A DNA stretch of 64,000 nt from an uncultured Methanosarcinaceae archaeon (lineage in GTDB: Archaea > Halobacteriota > Methanosarcinia > Methanosarcinales > Methanosarcinaceae), in NCBI GenBank assembly GCA_963727895.1, contig CAVSHT010000008.1, positions 1 to 64,000 on the forward strand, read 5' to 3'. This document shows positions 1 to 11,644 of the stretch, in pieces; the stretch's first letter is position 1, and every line of letters begins with the position of its first letter. The notes below the pieces were generated by a model that saw only the letters and a list, made by a program, of their open reading frames with translations, did not search any database and was not told the DNA's origin. Position numbers and translations under genes: made by a program.

Positions 1-47
1 AGTGGAGAGATCATTGGTAGGATTATTAAGAATACAAAAAATAGAAC

Positions 48-1279
48 TTATATCATCGTTTTTTCGAGTCTGTAAATTACCTGTTTTCTTGTATTCTTCA
101 AATTTTTCATTTTCTTCCGACTCTCTATATTCTTCATATTTGCTATTTTTTTCGTATTTATGCTGCTTCCAGGTTTGATCCAGCTCTCTGGAATTCTGTT
201 TTCTATTTCTTCCCATTTCCTTTCACTGATATTAGTATTAGTATTAGTATTAGTATTAGTATTAGTATTAGTATTAGTATTAGTATTAGTATTAGTATTA
301 GTATTATACATTTCCGGATAAGCAGAGCCAAGCTCATCTATAACCTTTTGGAATACAAAATTATTCGTTTCATTCAGGTGTATAAGCTCTAAATATGCTT
401 CTTTCCTGTTGGAAGTATATGGAAAAACTTTCATGAGAATTTCATATACTTTATCTCTCATGTTCTCATCTTTATCCGAGAAAAAATCAATAAGCTCTTT
501 CCAGAGTAAGTCTTTATTGTCCATATCTGAAAATGAAGATACAAGTACATTAGCAGCCTCATTCCGAACATAGTCATTTCTGGCTCTTGCAAGAGTCAAG
601 AAATCATCCCATATTTTTTTCTTGTCGGGCATCTCAGGGAAAATAGAAACCAGTGAATCTATAGCCTGTCCTTGAATGTTCTCATTTTCGTTTTCTGTAA
701 GCCTGAAGATCTCATCCCATGCTTCTCTTTTTTCTTCATCTGCCAGTTCTGGAAAAACCAGACTTAAAATCAAAGCCGATTTCTGTCTCACATAAGAATA
801 TTCTGAAGATCCCATCTCAAGAAGATTTTTCCATAACTGCTGTTTATCGGTAATTTCCTTTATTAAATAAGGAAGAGAGTTGACGATTACTGTAGCTACG
901 TCTTCCATGCTTGATCTTGAGTTTATCAGTCCGGCAAGATTTTTCCATGCCTCATTTTTGTCTGTCATGAGAGAAAAAACACTGACCAGAGCATTAGCTG
1001 CGGCTGTCATTACCGATTCTGCCGGATATACTGTTAAATTGATAAACTTATCCCAGGCAAGCTTTCTATCAGGTATATTTGGAAAAATCGTTATAAGGGA
1101 ATTAATAGCTTCCACTCTAACTGTGTCATCTTCATCCGAACAAAGCTTTAAAAGATCTTCAAAAGCCTGTTTTCTGTCAGGCAAAACCTCAAAAAAACTT
1201 ATATCTGTTTTGCAGCCTTTATTCTTTCATCTGATATCTGACTGAAAGTTTTATTATGTATCTCTGGCTGCTCACTCAA
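48..1279 (-). pseudogene. HEAT/ARM-repeat protein, frameshifted near the N-terminus
   Basis: ORF 48..1184 has ~40-aa helical repeats (PDKxxxWxxLxxL...VRxxAAxxLxSxF). The probable true N-terminus (TTG 1279, MSEQPEIHNKTFSQISDERIKAAKQI, RBS-like GGTGGGA upstream) is in another frame and stops at 1199. Confidence 0.65.
231..306. repeat. (ATTAGT)12 microsatellite encoding poly-(Asn-Thr)
   Basis: 12 perfect hexamers at 231-302 plus ATTA, inside the HEAT-repeat ORF. Confidence 0.95.
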
Positions 1280-1876
1280 AAATTCCCACCAACTTTGCTT
1301 TAATACCTTTAGATTTTAATCCTTTATTTCGAATATTTCTATCTGACAGGTTTACTCATATAATTATTGATTTTAGATTTTTGTGGTTATCGATAATAAT
1401 TATAAAATTTAAGAACGAAAATTGACTGCTACTTTTTAGAATTTAATTACAATATTATAGTAAAAATCAACTGGAAATCAACTGGAAAAAAGTATAAACA
1501 GCTTAATAAGATTCTTTAAGGCAAAAAGTAAGGATAAGTTTTTGCTGATATACATTTAATTTTGGATTATCACAAAAATTTTCAATTAAAGATAAATCGC
1601 ATTGTATTTATTGTATTATATTATTGTTTATTTCTGTGAGTATTGTATTATAGTATTTATTTTTAGGAGTAAAAATTAATTTAGTTAGTCCTAAATTTTT
1701 GACACTGGACGTAGATCGTTGCTGAATTTGGGATCTATGTAATCTTGTTATATAACTCAATAAAATTTCAAGCCTTACTCTATTAGTTTTCTATTAAAGC
1801 TAAACGAGAAAGAGGCTAAAGAAAAAGAAAGACGAGAAAACAAAATAAAGTGTGTGTTAAATAGAAGGCGTGAACG

Positions 1877-3229
1877 ATGCAGCAACAGGACGTAATAAAT
1901 AAACAGCTGGCACAAAAAATAGCAGATTTTATCGAACTTGTTATCCCTTATCTGATTGTTGGTTCTAAAAAAGCGGCTGAAGAAGCTTGCAAACAAGTGG
2001 GGGCTGAAGTATGGGAGACTAAAAGAAAGCTATGGGAAAAGTTATGTTCAACAAATTGTGTTGAATTAAAAGAAGCTGCAGCAGACTTGATTATTGCTCC
2101 CTCTAATTCGGATGTAAAGCAATTTTTGATTCAGAATATTTTAAAATTGCTTGAAAACAAACCTGATTTAGTTCAGGAAATTTCATCTTTTATAGATTAT
2201 AAAACTGCACAGGAAATTCTAACCAAAGATAGGTCGGCCAGAATTGTAAAAAAAACCTTAAAACAGGATTTAAATCAAATTTTAATTGATAGAATCCAGG
2301 TACTTGAAGAGTTTAATAGACTACTTGAAGCATTCATAGCGAAGAAGGTCATTTCTCAGGGTCCAGAACTATCAGAAAAGAATGCTGAAAAATCTGCTCC
2401 TGGTCTAAAAATTGGTGAAAAGACTGCTAGTGACTTACGAATAGAGCAAATTGCAGAAATAAAACAAGTCAAAAAAGCCGATTTTACAAAAACTAATGCT
2501 GATAATGTCAATGTTGAAATTCAAAATGAATTTCAAAAGGCACAGAATCTTTTATCGATTATCTCTTGTCTTGAAAAGCCAGAAAAAGAAGAGATTCTAG
2601 AGGAAGCCCTTGATTTTGCTTCCAGGATCCATTATGGAGATTTAAGGTCACAGACACTTTCTCTGGCTGTCCTGTACTTGGACGGGCCAAAAAAAGTCAA
2701 ATATATTGAGAAAGCTCTTGAATCTGCTTCGTATATTCAGGATGAGAACGAAAGAGCCCTTGTTCTTTCCTCCCTTCTTCCTCATCTGAGAGGATCAGGT
2801 AAAGAAGAACTTATTGAAGATCTATTTTGCGTTTCTCACCATCTCAAATATGGAGATACAAAATTTCAGATACTTTCTTCGCTTGTTCCGCATCTTTACG
2901 GATTAAAAAATGAAGTCGCTATTGAAAAGGCTCTTGAACTCATAGACGTCATTTTCTCAGACTATCAGAAATTACAGGCTCTTTCGTTTCTTATTCCATA
3001 CATGAAGGGACAAAGAAAAGAAGAGACCATAGAACAAATTTTTGATTTAGCTTTTGGTCTTAAAGATAAAGATATGAGACCTGAGGCTCTCTCATATATT
3101 CTCCCGCATCTGGATGAAGCTAAAAAAGAAGAACTTCTTAAAAAAGCTCTTGATTTAGCTTCCGGAATCATGTCTGAGTCTCAAAAAACTGAAGCTCTAT
3201 CTTCACTTGCTCCTTATCTTGATGAGTAA
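1877..3229 (+). CDS. Alpha-helical repeat protein (six ~36-aa C-terminal repeats)
   Basis: 450-aa ORF with repeats of the form EKALExASxIxxxxxRxxxLSSLLPHLxxxxKEExI. Confidence 0.8.
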   Translation: MQQQDVINKQLAQKIADFIELVIPYLIVGSKKAAEEACKQVGAEVWETKRKLWEKLCSTNCVELKEAAADLIIAPSNSDVKQFLIQNILKLLENKPDLVQEISSFIDYKTAQEILTKDRSARIVKKTLKQDLNQILIDRIQVLEEFNRLLEAFIAKKVISQGPELSEKNAEKSAPGLKIGEKTASDLRIEQIAEIKQVKKADFTKTNADNVNVEIQNEFQKAQNLLSIISCLEKPEKEEILEEALDFASRIHYGDLRSQTLSLAVLYLDGPKKVKYIEKALESASYIQDENERALVLSSLLPHLRGSGKEELIEDLFCVSHHLKYGDTKFQILSSLVPHLYGLKNEVAIEKALELIDVIFSDYQKLQALSFLIPYMKGQRKEETIEQIFDLAFGLKDKDMRPEALSYILPHLDEAKKEELLKKALDLASGIMSESQKTEALSSLAPYLDE

Positions 3230-3559
3230 TAAAGAGAATTAATAAGCAAAACTTTGACTCCTGAGTTGTTTAATAAATTGTTCTAAATAATTATCCATAA
3301 AAAGAATCTATTAAACTGCAATCCAGGCAATAACACAGATTCTAAGGTGTTAACCTCACCTTTTGCTTTGTGTTATTCCATTTTTTGTCATATATTTCAG
3401 AGGTCTAGAGAGTATAAATTAGTAAATTTTTAAACTTCTATTTCTGTGCCTTTAGATTTATATTGCTTAAACTTTCAATATTTGTCACGTCCTAGAAGTA
3501 AACTTTTCATATCGGTGTGGAGATATAGGCTTTTATATAAAATAAGGGGGCTACAAAAA

Positions 3560-4171
3560 TTGGTTTCTTCCAAAATTACTCCTGTTTTTTCTCTGATAGT
3601 ATTTGCAGCTATTCATAGCCTGACTGCGAGCCTGCCATTCAAACGTATTCTTGTGCGTGGTTTTGGTTCCAGGGCATACAGGTTATATATGCCAGCATAT
3701 AGCCTAATTGCAGTGCTGACCATATTGCCTCTTATTTATCAGCTCTACAAAAATCCAGGGCGGGTTCTCTACAAAATACCTTCTCCCTGGCGCTGGCTGA
3801 TGGTCGGGGGGCAGTTAATTGCTTCACTTATTGCCCCCAAGGCTTATAATGATGCTCCGCACAGATTCAAAATAAGTTCACAGCTCTCTGCCCCAGGTAC
3901 TCCAGAAGCTGGCTCTCTTAATGTCCGTGGCGTTTACCGATGGATACGGGACCCTTTCCTTTTTTCAGGTCTGATTATAATGTGGCTCACTCCTATTATG
4001 ACCATCAATCTGCTTCTCATATATCTTTTGATTACAGTATATCTGTTTCTTGGTTCCTTTCACTGGGAAACAAGACTGGTAGCTCAGTTTGGTGATGAGT
4101 ATCGTGAATATCAAAAAAGAGTTCACAGGATAATTCCTCTATTAAAGAAAAGCAGTACAGAGAAGCAGTAA
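3560..4171 (+). CDS. Isoprenylcysteine carboxylmethyltransferase-family membrane protein
   Basis: TM helices, GVYRWIRDP motif and E(T)RLVAQFGDEYREYQKRV; start taken as TTG 3560 after GGGGG. Confidence 0.75.
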   Translation: MVSSKITPVFSLIVFAAIHSLTASLPFKRILVRGFGSRAYRLYMPAYSLIAVLTILPLIYQLYKNPGRVLYKIPSPWRWLMVGGQLIASLIAPKAYNDAPHRFKISSQLSAPGTPEAGSLNVRGVYRWIRDPFLFSGLIIMWLTPIMTINLLLIYLLITVYLFLGSFHWETRLVAQFGDEYREYQKRVHRIIPLLKKSSTEKQ

Positions 4172-4289
4172 AAAAGCAAATTAATATTCATCTAAAGCAG
4201 ATGTTCATCTTTATGCAGTGGTAACCAGCAAGTTTAGTCCAGACCAGACAATTTGTCAAACTGGAGCTAACTTTACTTGTTAACTATAC

Positions 4290-4397
4290 CTAGTGTCAAG
4301 AAAATTTATTTATTGGTCATCTAAAGCTCAGAATCATTGTGCGCTGACAAGAAGCTACTAAAGATCATGCTCAATAATTAAATTGCCATGACACTAG
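4290..4397. mobile_element. Putative MITE (~108 bp)
   Basis: Terminal inverted repeat CTAGTGTCA...TGACACTAG, no ORF. Confidence 0.5.
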
Positions 4398-4429
4398 TTA
4401 CTAATATCTATAATGTCAGTCTCTTAATT

Positions 4430-5179
4430 TCAAGTTCTCTGAAGATAAAATGCTATTGGGAATCCAATCAAAGTTGGAATCCAGAACGAAAATACTCTGT
4501 AGCTGAGTACAACAACAACCGCAATTGAACTAGGCATTCCCAGACTCGTATAGAGGGCAGCCATAGTACTTTCCACAACTCCTATTCCTCCGGGTAGAAT
4601 AAAGGCTATTTTTCCTAATAGAAGAGGAAGTCCATAACCTACGAGCAGAATTTCTGGTTCTACAGGAAAACCTGCAGCTATGAAGAAAAAATAAAGAGTT
4701 GACATGTCAAAAATGGTATAAATCAAAGCCCCAAAAAGAGGGTTTTTCCAGCCTCCATTATCTAACATTTCAAGAGCTGCAAAAAACCGGTTTACTGAAG
4801 CCTGGGTTGTAGCAGGTATATAAGTTTTATGCAGTCGTCGAGCAAAATAAACTGAGATTCTGATAATAATATGTGTGAAATTTGCTCGGTTTTTTAACCC
4901 CCAGTTTATTGCTGCAAAGCCAGAGAAAAGTAAGGTGAGGATTAGAGCAAAGGCAAAAAACTGTACATAAGAAAGACTGTGAGCTAATAAAAGGTGTAAA
5001 ATACCGGCTACAGCTAATATTATTAAAATTATATTGTTAAAAATTGTGGGCAGGGTGCTTGCAAGTCCAGCACCTTCAGCGCTGACCCCATATTTTCTTA
5101 CCCACCGATAAGTTGCTGCTGCGTTTCCGAAAGGGCCTCCTGCCAGCATGCCTATACTTGAAGCTGCAAGAGTTATTAT
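4430..5179 (-). pseudogene. Lysylphosphatidylglycerol-synthase TM / flippase-like (UPF0104) protein, 5'-truncated by IS6
   Basis: LPGGIGVVES...YRVFSFWIP motif; the N-terminus is replaced by IS6 sequence at 5180. Confidence 0.8.
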
Positions 5180-6036
5180 GGTTCCGTTGCAAAAAATCTT
5201 AGAATAAGCCTGTAAATCTATGAATAATGAATAAAAGTTAAAATATTCAAAAAGATATGTCAATATTATAGAACTATTCCAAATAATTGATTAATATATT
5301 TAGCTTCATTAAAGCCAGAGTAATTTAAGTTCTTGATTTGTCCTTTTTTAATCATATTCATAGCTTCAATTCCTTTTAAAGTTTTAATGGCTGTATGAAA
5401 AGACTGAAATCCTAACATTGGATTAACTATTCGTTTAATGGATCTATGATCCTGTTCTATAATGTTATTCAAATATTTGATTTGTCGAATGCCTACGTTT
5501 ATAGGTAGTATTTTATCATTTTTCAGTTTATCTATAGCAGGTGGATAAGCTGGATTTTTGTCAACTGTGATTACTCTTGGAATTTGATTATGATTAGAGT
5601 TCAAAGCTTTCTTAAAGAAACGTTTTGCTGCTTTTTTATTTCGTTTTGCACTTAACATGAAATCAATTGTATCTCCATTTGAGTCAACTGCTCGGTAAAA
5701 ATATTTCCATTCACCTTTAACTCTGATATAAGTTTCATCAACTCTCCAAGAGTCGTTTGTTGGTCTTAAATGCCTTCTGACCTTCTTTTCGATTTCAGGT
5801 GAATATTGATGTACCCATCTCATAATGGTTGTATGGTTGACTATTATCCCTCTTTCTGCCATCATTTCCTTTAAATTTCTATAACTAAGTGGGTATTTTA
5901 AGTACCATCTAACATTCAATAAAATAATTTCACCAACAAAGTGCTTCCATTTAAAGGAATTAGATAGCATATCACTATCTTTGATTTCATTTTTATTTTA
6001 ATTATATCCTTAGCAGATATTTTTTGCAACGGAACC
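5180..6036 (-). mobile_element. IS6-family element copy 1 (857 bp), transposase 5266..5970
   Basis: TIR GGTTCCGTTGCAAAAAA at both ends; 234-aa DDE transposase (WRVDETYI, ITVDK, NNIIEQDHR); no target-site duplication (TSD). Confidence 0.97.
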
Positions 6037-6039
6037 GGA

Positions 6040-6195
6040 TATTGTTCCAACCCTGAAACCACTGATTATGAAACCATGGGTATCTATGTACCTGGTGCCT
6101 ATATGAATGGTACTGCCAACGGTGATGGTACATACACCTGTACAATCAACACAGAAAACAAAGTCAACAATTACACTGCAAAAACTGCACCAATA
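6040..6195 (+). pseudogene. Internal fragment of a tannase-like (alpha/beta hydrolase) gene
   Basis: Hand translation YCSNPETTDYETMGIYVPGAYMNGTANGDGTYTCTIN...YTAKTAPI resembles bacterial tannase N-terminal motifs; cut by IS6 on the left. Confidence 0.5.
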
Positions 6196-6501
6196 GAATT
6201 TACCAATTCAAGATTTTACTTAGATGAGTACGCCATGTCCTCATAAATCTCATTGATTTCAAAGATTGCGGCGGTTTGTTAAATCAATGGGTCAAACTGT
6301 GGGGAATCATTATCATATCCATCTGTAATGGTAACAGCAGCTACTATATTGGATTTGATTCCTATACACATATGAGCTTTCAACCACTTGTGTTCCTTTT
6401 TTCTGCCATATTTCTCGCCCTCGTATGCGTTAAAAGAAGTCGCTCTAAATCCGGTTGAATCAATAGCAAACTCAGTTTTCTACACCAGCTACCGGTAATG
6501 C
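6190..6501 (-). pseudogene. Degraded IS5/IS4-type (DDE_Tnp_1) transposase fragment
   Basis: Hand translation FAIDSTGF...KWLKAHMCIG...NDSPQF...EDMAYSS with stops and a frameshift. Confidence 0.7.
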
Positions 6502-6643
6502 AAAAATACTGTCTACATAACACCTGCACAAGAATGTGAAATTACTACTCGAAAATGGATATTTACAGAGTGGTTAAAATATAGAGGTCCCAAAAACGTC
6601 AACTAATTAACTGAGGAGCACAAAAAAGAAAGATGGTGAAAAA

Positions 6644-7504
6644 ATGAATAATGAGACAGTTGATAAAAAAGGAATTGCTTTGTTTCTTGTACTTGCTTTC
6701 TTTCCACCTGTTGTATTGCTTATTATATTAAGCAGCATTAAAGAGATCCCCACTGACAAAAAGACAATTTATTATAATTTATTTATGTTAACAGTTATGT
6801 TCTTTCCGGGAACAGCGGCTTTTTTAGTTAGAAAATTCATTAATAAAGAAGAATCAACGAATTCAATGATGAAATTTGGCTCTTTAAAACCTTATCTACA
6901 GGTTTCTTTATTTATTCCACTTTTATACACCATAATTTATGCAATTACTGGTCTGTTTTATCCTCCAGATTTCACACTGAATACTTTTATGGCTCAGTGG
7001 GGAATTAAGGAAATACCTGTTGAGCCTTCTTTGTTTATTTTTGTGTTTTTTATTTTCACGATTTTAATTGTTCCTATTATTAACTTCATTCCAGCCTTTG
7101 GAGAAGAATTTGGATGGAGGGGTTATTTACTTCCGAAATTACTTCCTCTTGGGAAAGATAAAGCGCTTATAATTTCCGGTATAATATGGGGTCTCTGGCA
7201 TTTGCCTTTTCTTTTACTTATCAACTATGGAAGTTATCCAAATAAAATAGCAGGATGTATAATATTTACTGTCTTGCTCACTTTGCTTGGGATTTATATT
7301 GGAACTTTGACTCTTGAAAATAAAAGTACACTTCTGGCTTCATATATGCATGCTGTTATTAATGCGCAGGATCATGGGATTTGGATTCTCATATATCCAA
7401 ATTACAATCACCTGATAGGTGGAGGAGAAGGAATTATAGGAATTATTGTTCTGCTTCCAGTTGCTTTATATTATCTTAAAAAAGTTAAGTTCATTACTCT
7501 CTAG
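6644..7504 (+). CDS. CPBP (CAAX/Abi) intramembrane metalloprotease
   Basis: GEEFGWRGYL, WGLWH and HxxxN motifs; multiple TM helices. Confidence 0.92.
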   Translation: MNNETVDKKGIALFLVLAFFPPVVLLIILSSIKEIPTDKKTIYYNLFMLTVMFFPGTAAFLVRKFINKEESTNSMMKFGSLKPYLQVSLFIPLLYTIIYAITGLFYPPDFTLNTFMAQWGIKEIPVEPSLFIFVFFIFTILIVPIINFIPAFGEEFGWRGYLLPKLLPLGKDKALIISGIIWGLWHLPFLLLINYGSYPNKIAGCIIFTVLLTLLGIYIGTLTLENKSTLLASYMHAVINAQDHGIWILIYPNYNHLIGGGEGIIGIIVLLPVALYYLKKVKFITL

Positions 7505-7585
7505 AAGAGTAGATTAATAGAAGAAATAGAAGAAAACTTATTTTTTGGTAATAGTACAATTTTAAATGGTCTTTTTAAATGGTCT

Positions 7586-8035
7586 TTATATTAGATGCGT
7601 GGTATTATTAAACGTTGATGTTGCATTTTTAATGTTTGTTGTTACATTTTTAATATCTGAGGATACATTATTATAAGCAGTAATTGTAGTCTTATATATT
7701 TTTGTTGGGTTGTCCATTGATACATTATCGTATGCAGTAGTTGTAGTATTATATATTTTTGAAAGGTTATCGTAAGTTGCTGACATGTTTTGATAAATAG
7801 ATGCTGTATTATTAACAGCTTTTGTTAAATTGTGATACGATACTGATAAATTATTGGATACAGATGTAGTATTATTATAAGATGTTTTTATTTTATTATA
7901 AGCAGATGTTGTATTATATTCATTACTAGTATTATTATCACTGTTTTTTAATGGAGTTTCGTATTTTATGGCTAAAAATATTATCACTAAAACTAGTGTC
8001 AAAATAATTTTAGTTCTGAGTTTCATTTTTATCAT
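7586..8035 (-). CDS. Membrane-anchored or secreted Asn/Thr-rich heptad-repeat protein
   Basis: N-terminal hydrophobic helix followed by 7-residue repeats rich in N-x-S/T. Confidence 0.7.
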   Translation of the reverse strand: MIKMKLRTKIILTLVLVIIFLAIKYETPLKNSDNNTSNEYNTTSAYNKIKTSYNNTTSVSNNLSVSYHNLTKAVNNTASIYQNMSATYDNLSKIYNTTTTAYDNVSMDNPTKIYKTTITAYNNVSSDIKNVTTNIKNATSTFNNTTHLI

Positions 8036-8283
8036 CTAGAAGCCTATTATATGGGACTATATGTTTTTTTGAAAATATTTTCAGTCAGTACGCAGAGAAG
8101 ACAGAATATTTAGAGTATTTAAAACTTTTTTTGATATATTTATCCACTTAATAAAAAATAAACGCTTTTAGCATTGTGAATTGATCAATATCTTATACAA
8201 TTGAATAATATTGAATTTTCATTTCAATTGCTTAGATTCTACTTAATTATAATTACTTTATTTTTCTTCAATAAGGTATTTTT

Positions 8284-9140
8284 GGTTCCGTTGCAAAAAA
8301 TATCTGCTAAGGATATAATTAAAATAAAAATGAAATCAAAGATAGTGATATGCTATCTAATTCCTTTAAATGGAAGCACTTTGTAGGTGAAATTATTTTA
8401 TTGAATGTTAGATGGTACTTAAAATACCCACTTAGTTATAGAAATTTAAAGGAAATGATGGCAGAAAGAGGGATAATAGTCAACCATACAACCATTATGA
8501 GATGGGTACATCAATATTCACCTGAAATCGAAAAGAAGGTCAGAAGGCATTTAAGACCAACAAACGACTCTTGGAGAGTTGATGAAACTTATATCAGAGT
8601 TAAAGGTGAATGGAAATATTTTTACCGAGCAGTTGACTCAAATGGAGATACAATTGATTTCATGTTAAGTGCAAAACGAAATAAAAAAGCAGCAAAACGT
8701 TTCTTTAAGAAAGCTTTGAACTCTAATCATAATCAAATTCCAAGAGTAATCACAGTTGACAAAAATCCAGCTTATCCACCTGCTATAGATAAACTGAAAA
8801 ATGATAAAATACTACCTATAAACGTAGGCATTCGACAAATCAAATATTTGAATAACATTATAGAACAGGATCATAGATCCATTAAACGAATAGTTAATCC
8901 AATGTTAGGATTTCAGTCTTTTCATACAGCCATTAAAACTTTAAAAGGAATTGAAGCTATGAATATGATTAAAAAAGGACAAATCAAGAACTTAAATTAC
9001 TCTGGCTTTAATGAAGCTAAATATATTAATCAATTATTTGGAATAGTTCTATAATATTGACATATCTTTTTGAATATTTTAACTTTTATTCATTATTCAT
9101 AGATTTACAGGCTTATTCTAAGATTTTTTGCAACGGAACC
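8284..9140 (+). mobile_element. IS6-family element copy 2, transposase 8350..9054
   Basis: Same TIRs and transposase as copy 1; no TSD. Confidence 0.97.
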
Positions 9141-9157
9141 ATAATAACTTTATTTCT

Positions 9158-9355
9158 TTACTCATTTGGACTCAAAGGATCCATTCTGAAAAGCAAAATC
9201 ATGAATAATGCAGTTACAGTTCCTGTCCCTAATAAAAGTGGATCTTTGGTGAGACTCAGGAGCACACCAACTACCAGCAGTAAAGCCCCAATTGTTAGTA
9301 ATATCTGAAATTTTCTCTCCAATATATTCCCCTCGCTTCCGACTTGAATGATCAA
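9158..9355 (-). CDS. Small two-TM membrane protein
   Basis: Two hydrophobic segments; start uncertain. Confidence 0.5.
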   Translation of the reverse strand: MIIQVGSEGNILERKFQILLTIGALLLVVGVLLSLTKDPLLLGTGTVTALFMILLFRMDPLSPNE

Positions 9356-9717
9356 TTCTTAAGTATCGATCAGGCGCTTAAAAAACAACCAGCAATTTTT
9401 CCCTATTTCTAATTGATTCTTCTTCATTATCTACTTTTTTACAGAACAATTATGTTATAAGTTTCAGAAGTTTTGAAATCTAAAATTTTTGAATTTGTAT
9501 GCTAAAAATAGCAAACGCCTGGAAATATAAAAAGAAAAATTTAATCATATGAAGTAAAATGATCATAAAATTAATCTGAAACGAAATAAATTAACAAAAA
9601 CAAAAAATAATTCAGTGAAAAAGTAAAATTTAGTTTAAGATGTTTAAGGCGGGGTTAAAGTAAATTAAAGCTATATAGCTCAAATATTAAAAGATAAAAC
9701 CAAAAAATACTCTAGTT

Positions 9718-11479
9718 TCAATATATCCTACACTTTCCTTTTATGAATATTACAGAAAGTCCGGGAATAGGAAGTTTTTCCTGAATCAGTTCAGATAGTT
9801 TAGAGTTCAAAATTTTCGTTTTGATTTCATACTCTGCTTCCTTTTCATCCTCGATTTGATATGTCGCATTCTCAGTTATACCCGATACTTCTCCATTTGC
9901 ATCAAGATCGAAAATAGAAACATCAGGGGTTATTGCCTCAACCACTTTTCTAAGATCAAGGACTACTTGCCCACCGGTCATGGCTGCCACCTCATTCTGG
10001 AGTACAAGCACAAGCACGTTGCAGCCTGTAGTTGCGGCACTTATAAGCCCTAGAATGCCTGAGTGAGCCAGGGAGAAATCTCCGATTACAGCGATGCCTT
10101 TTTTATCAAAACCACATGCAACAGAGATTGCTGAGCCAAGAGCAAAACTAACATCAACTGTTGCAAGGGGTTCGGGTGCGCTCCTGACGGAACAGCCCAT
10201 GTCCCCGGCAATCCGCACGTCAAGCGTACTGAGAAAGCGGTAAAGGGGAAGATACACGCAATCGGTACAGACTTCGGTCCTGCTTTTTTTTGCGATTTTG
10301 GGCAGAGCGGCATTTACTGCTTGTTTTGGAGCTTCTTCAACTATATGAGTGAATGCAAACTCTATATCTTCAGGTCGAATCTGCCCGTATGGAAGATGTT
10401 CCGTTTTTTTCCCATAAACGTTGTCTATGATCCTGATTTGTTCTTCTATGAAAGGTTCGGACTCTTCGGCAACAAGTACCTTCTGGTTACTTCTCAAAAA
10501 TGCCTTTATTTTTTCGAGGGGAAGAGGATTTACAAGACTAAGGGATAGGTGAGAGATTTCTGAATGGAAAACTCCAGCATGAAACTTTTTCTTCCTCAAC
10601 ACTTCCTCAACGATCGAAGATACGAAACCTGAAGAAATAATCCCTATTTTTCCCTGCCTGAAATCTGAGCTGCATTGTAAATTTTCAGTTGTCTGCTCCT
10701 TTTTTTCTGCTGCTTTTTCTACTGTTCTTTCTCTTATCTCATTAAAGTCAGTGTTTTCAGATTCTTTTTCTAGCAAAGGGTATGTTTTGGAGTGAAAAAG
10801 CTGGTGTTTTTCAGCCATCCGACTTTTCCATATTGCACGGTCAAACTCAGGATGAAGAGGTGAAGACTCAGGCAGTCTTTTTATCATACCCTTACTTCCT
10901 TCAAGGCCTGCAGTAACCCTCAAAATAACAGGCGTCTTTGTTTCTTCAGAAAGTTCATAAGCTCGTCTTAAAGCTCGATATGCAGTATCAGAGTCAGCCG
11001 GATCAAAAACAGCTACTTCTGCAATTCGACCATACCAGCGGGAGTCCTGTTCATTCTGAGATCCCTTCGCTCCAGGATCATCTCCTGCAATTATGACAAG
11101 ACCGGCTCCTATGGTATGTGTAACCGAGGTAATAAGAGGGTCTGAAAGAAGATTCATCCCCACATGTTTTACAAGCACAAGTGCTCTTCTGCCTGAAACC
11201 GATGCTCCGAGAGCAATTTCAAGGGCAACCTTCTCATTTGTGAGCCACCTGGCACTATAATTTCGCACTCGCTTGGAAGCTGCTACACCGGAGATAAGAT
11301 CCTTTGCTTCTAAAGCATCTAAAAGTTCTGTTTTCCCAGAGTTTTCTTAAAAAAAGTTCCATAAGGGAAGTAACGGGGTAACCGGGAACACCTGTTATGA
11401 AGCTGACATCACTGTCAAGGGCTGCAAGGTAAAGCGCTTCAAATCCGGTACATTCTGGTTCTTCTTTTTCTTCTTTCAA
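9718..11479 (-). pseudogene. iorA: Indolepyruvate:ferredoxin oxidoreductase alpha-subunit-like protein, frameshifted
   Basis: GVPGYP in ORF 11255..11521; NEKVALEIALGAS, KHVGMN, GDDPG..SQNEQD and GDMGC in ORF 9718..11268; frame break at ~11260-11345. Confidence 0.8.
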
Positions 11480-11644
11480 ACTGACCCCACGCTGCTGGAA
11501 TTTAAAGAATGCAGAACTCAAATTCTGTATAATTATAATATTAATTAAATATCAACAATTTTATTTTTATTTGAGACTTCTATTTTGAGTTCTTGCTTTA
11601 TTAATTTCTGCTTGCTTTATTAATCTCTTCGTTCTCAGTTATTT

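Noticed and set aside
5180..9140. IS6 copies 1 and 2 as a TSD-flanked composite transposon or simple inversion
   Set aside because: The 8-bp flanks do not match in the direct or inner/outer arrangement expected
9057..9308. ORFs beginning MTYLFEYF (also 23526..23735) and the ORFs at 8201 and 26312
   Set aside because: Read-out frames from IS6 ends into flanking DNA
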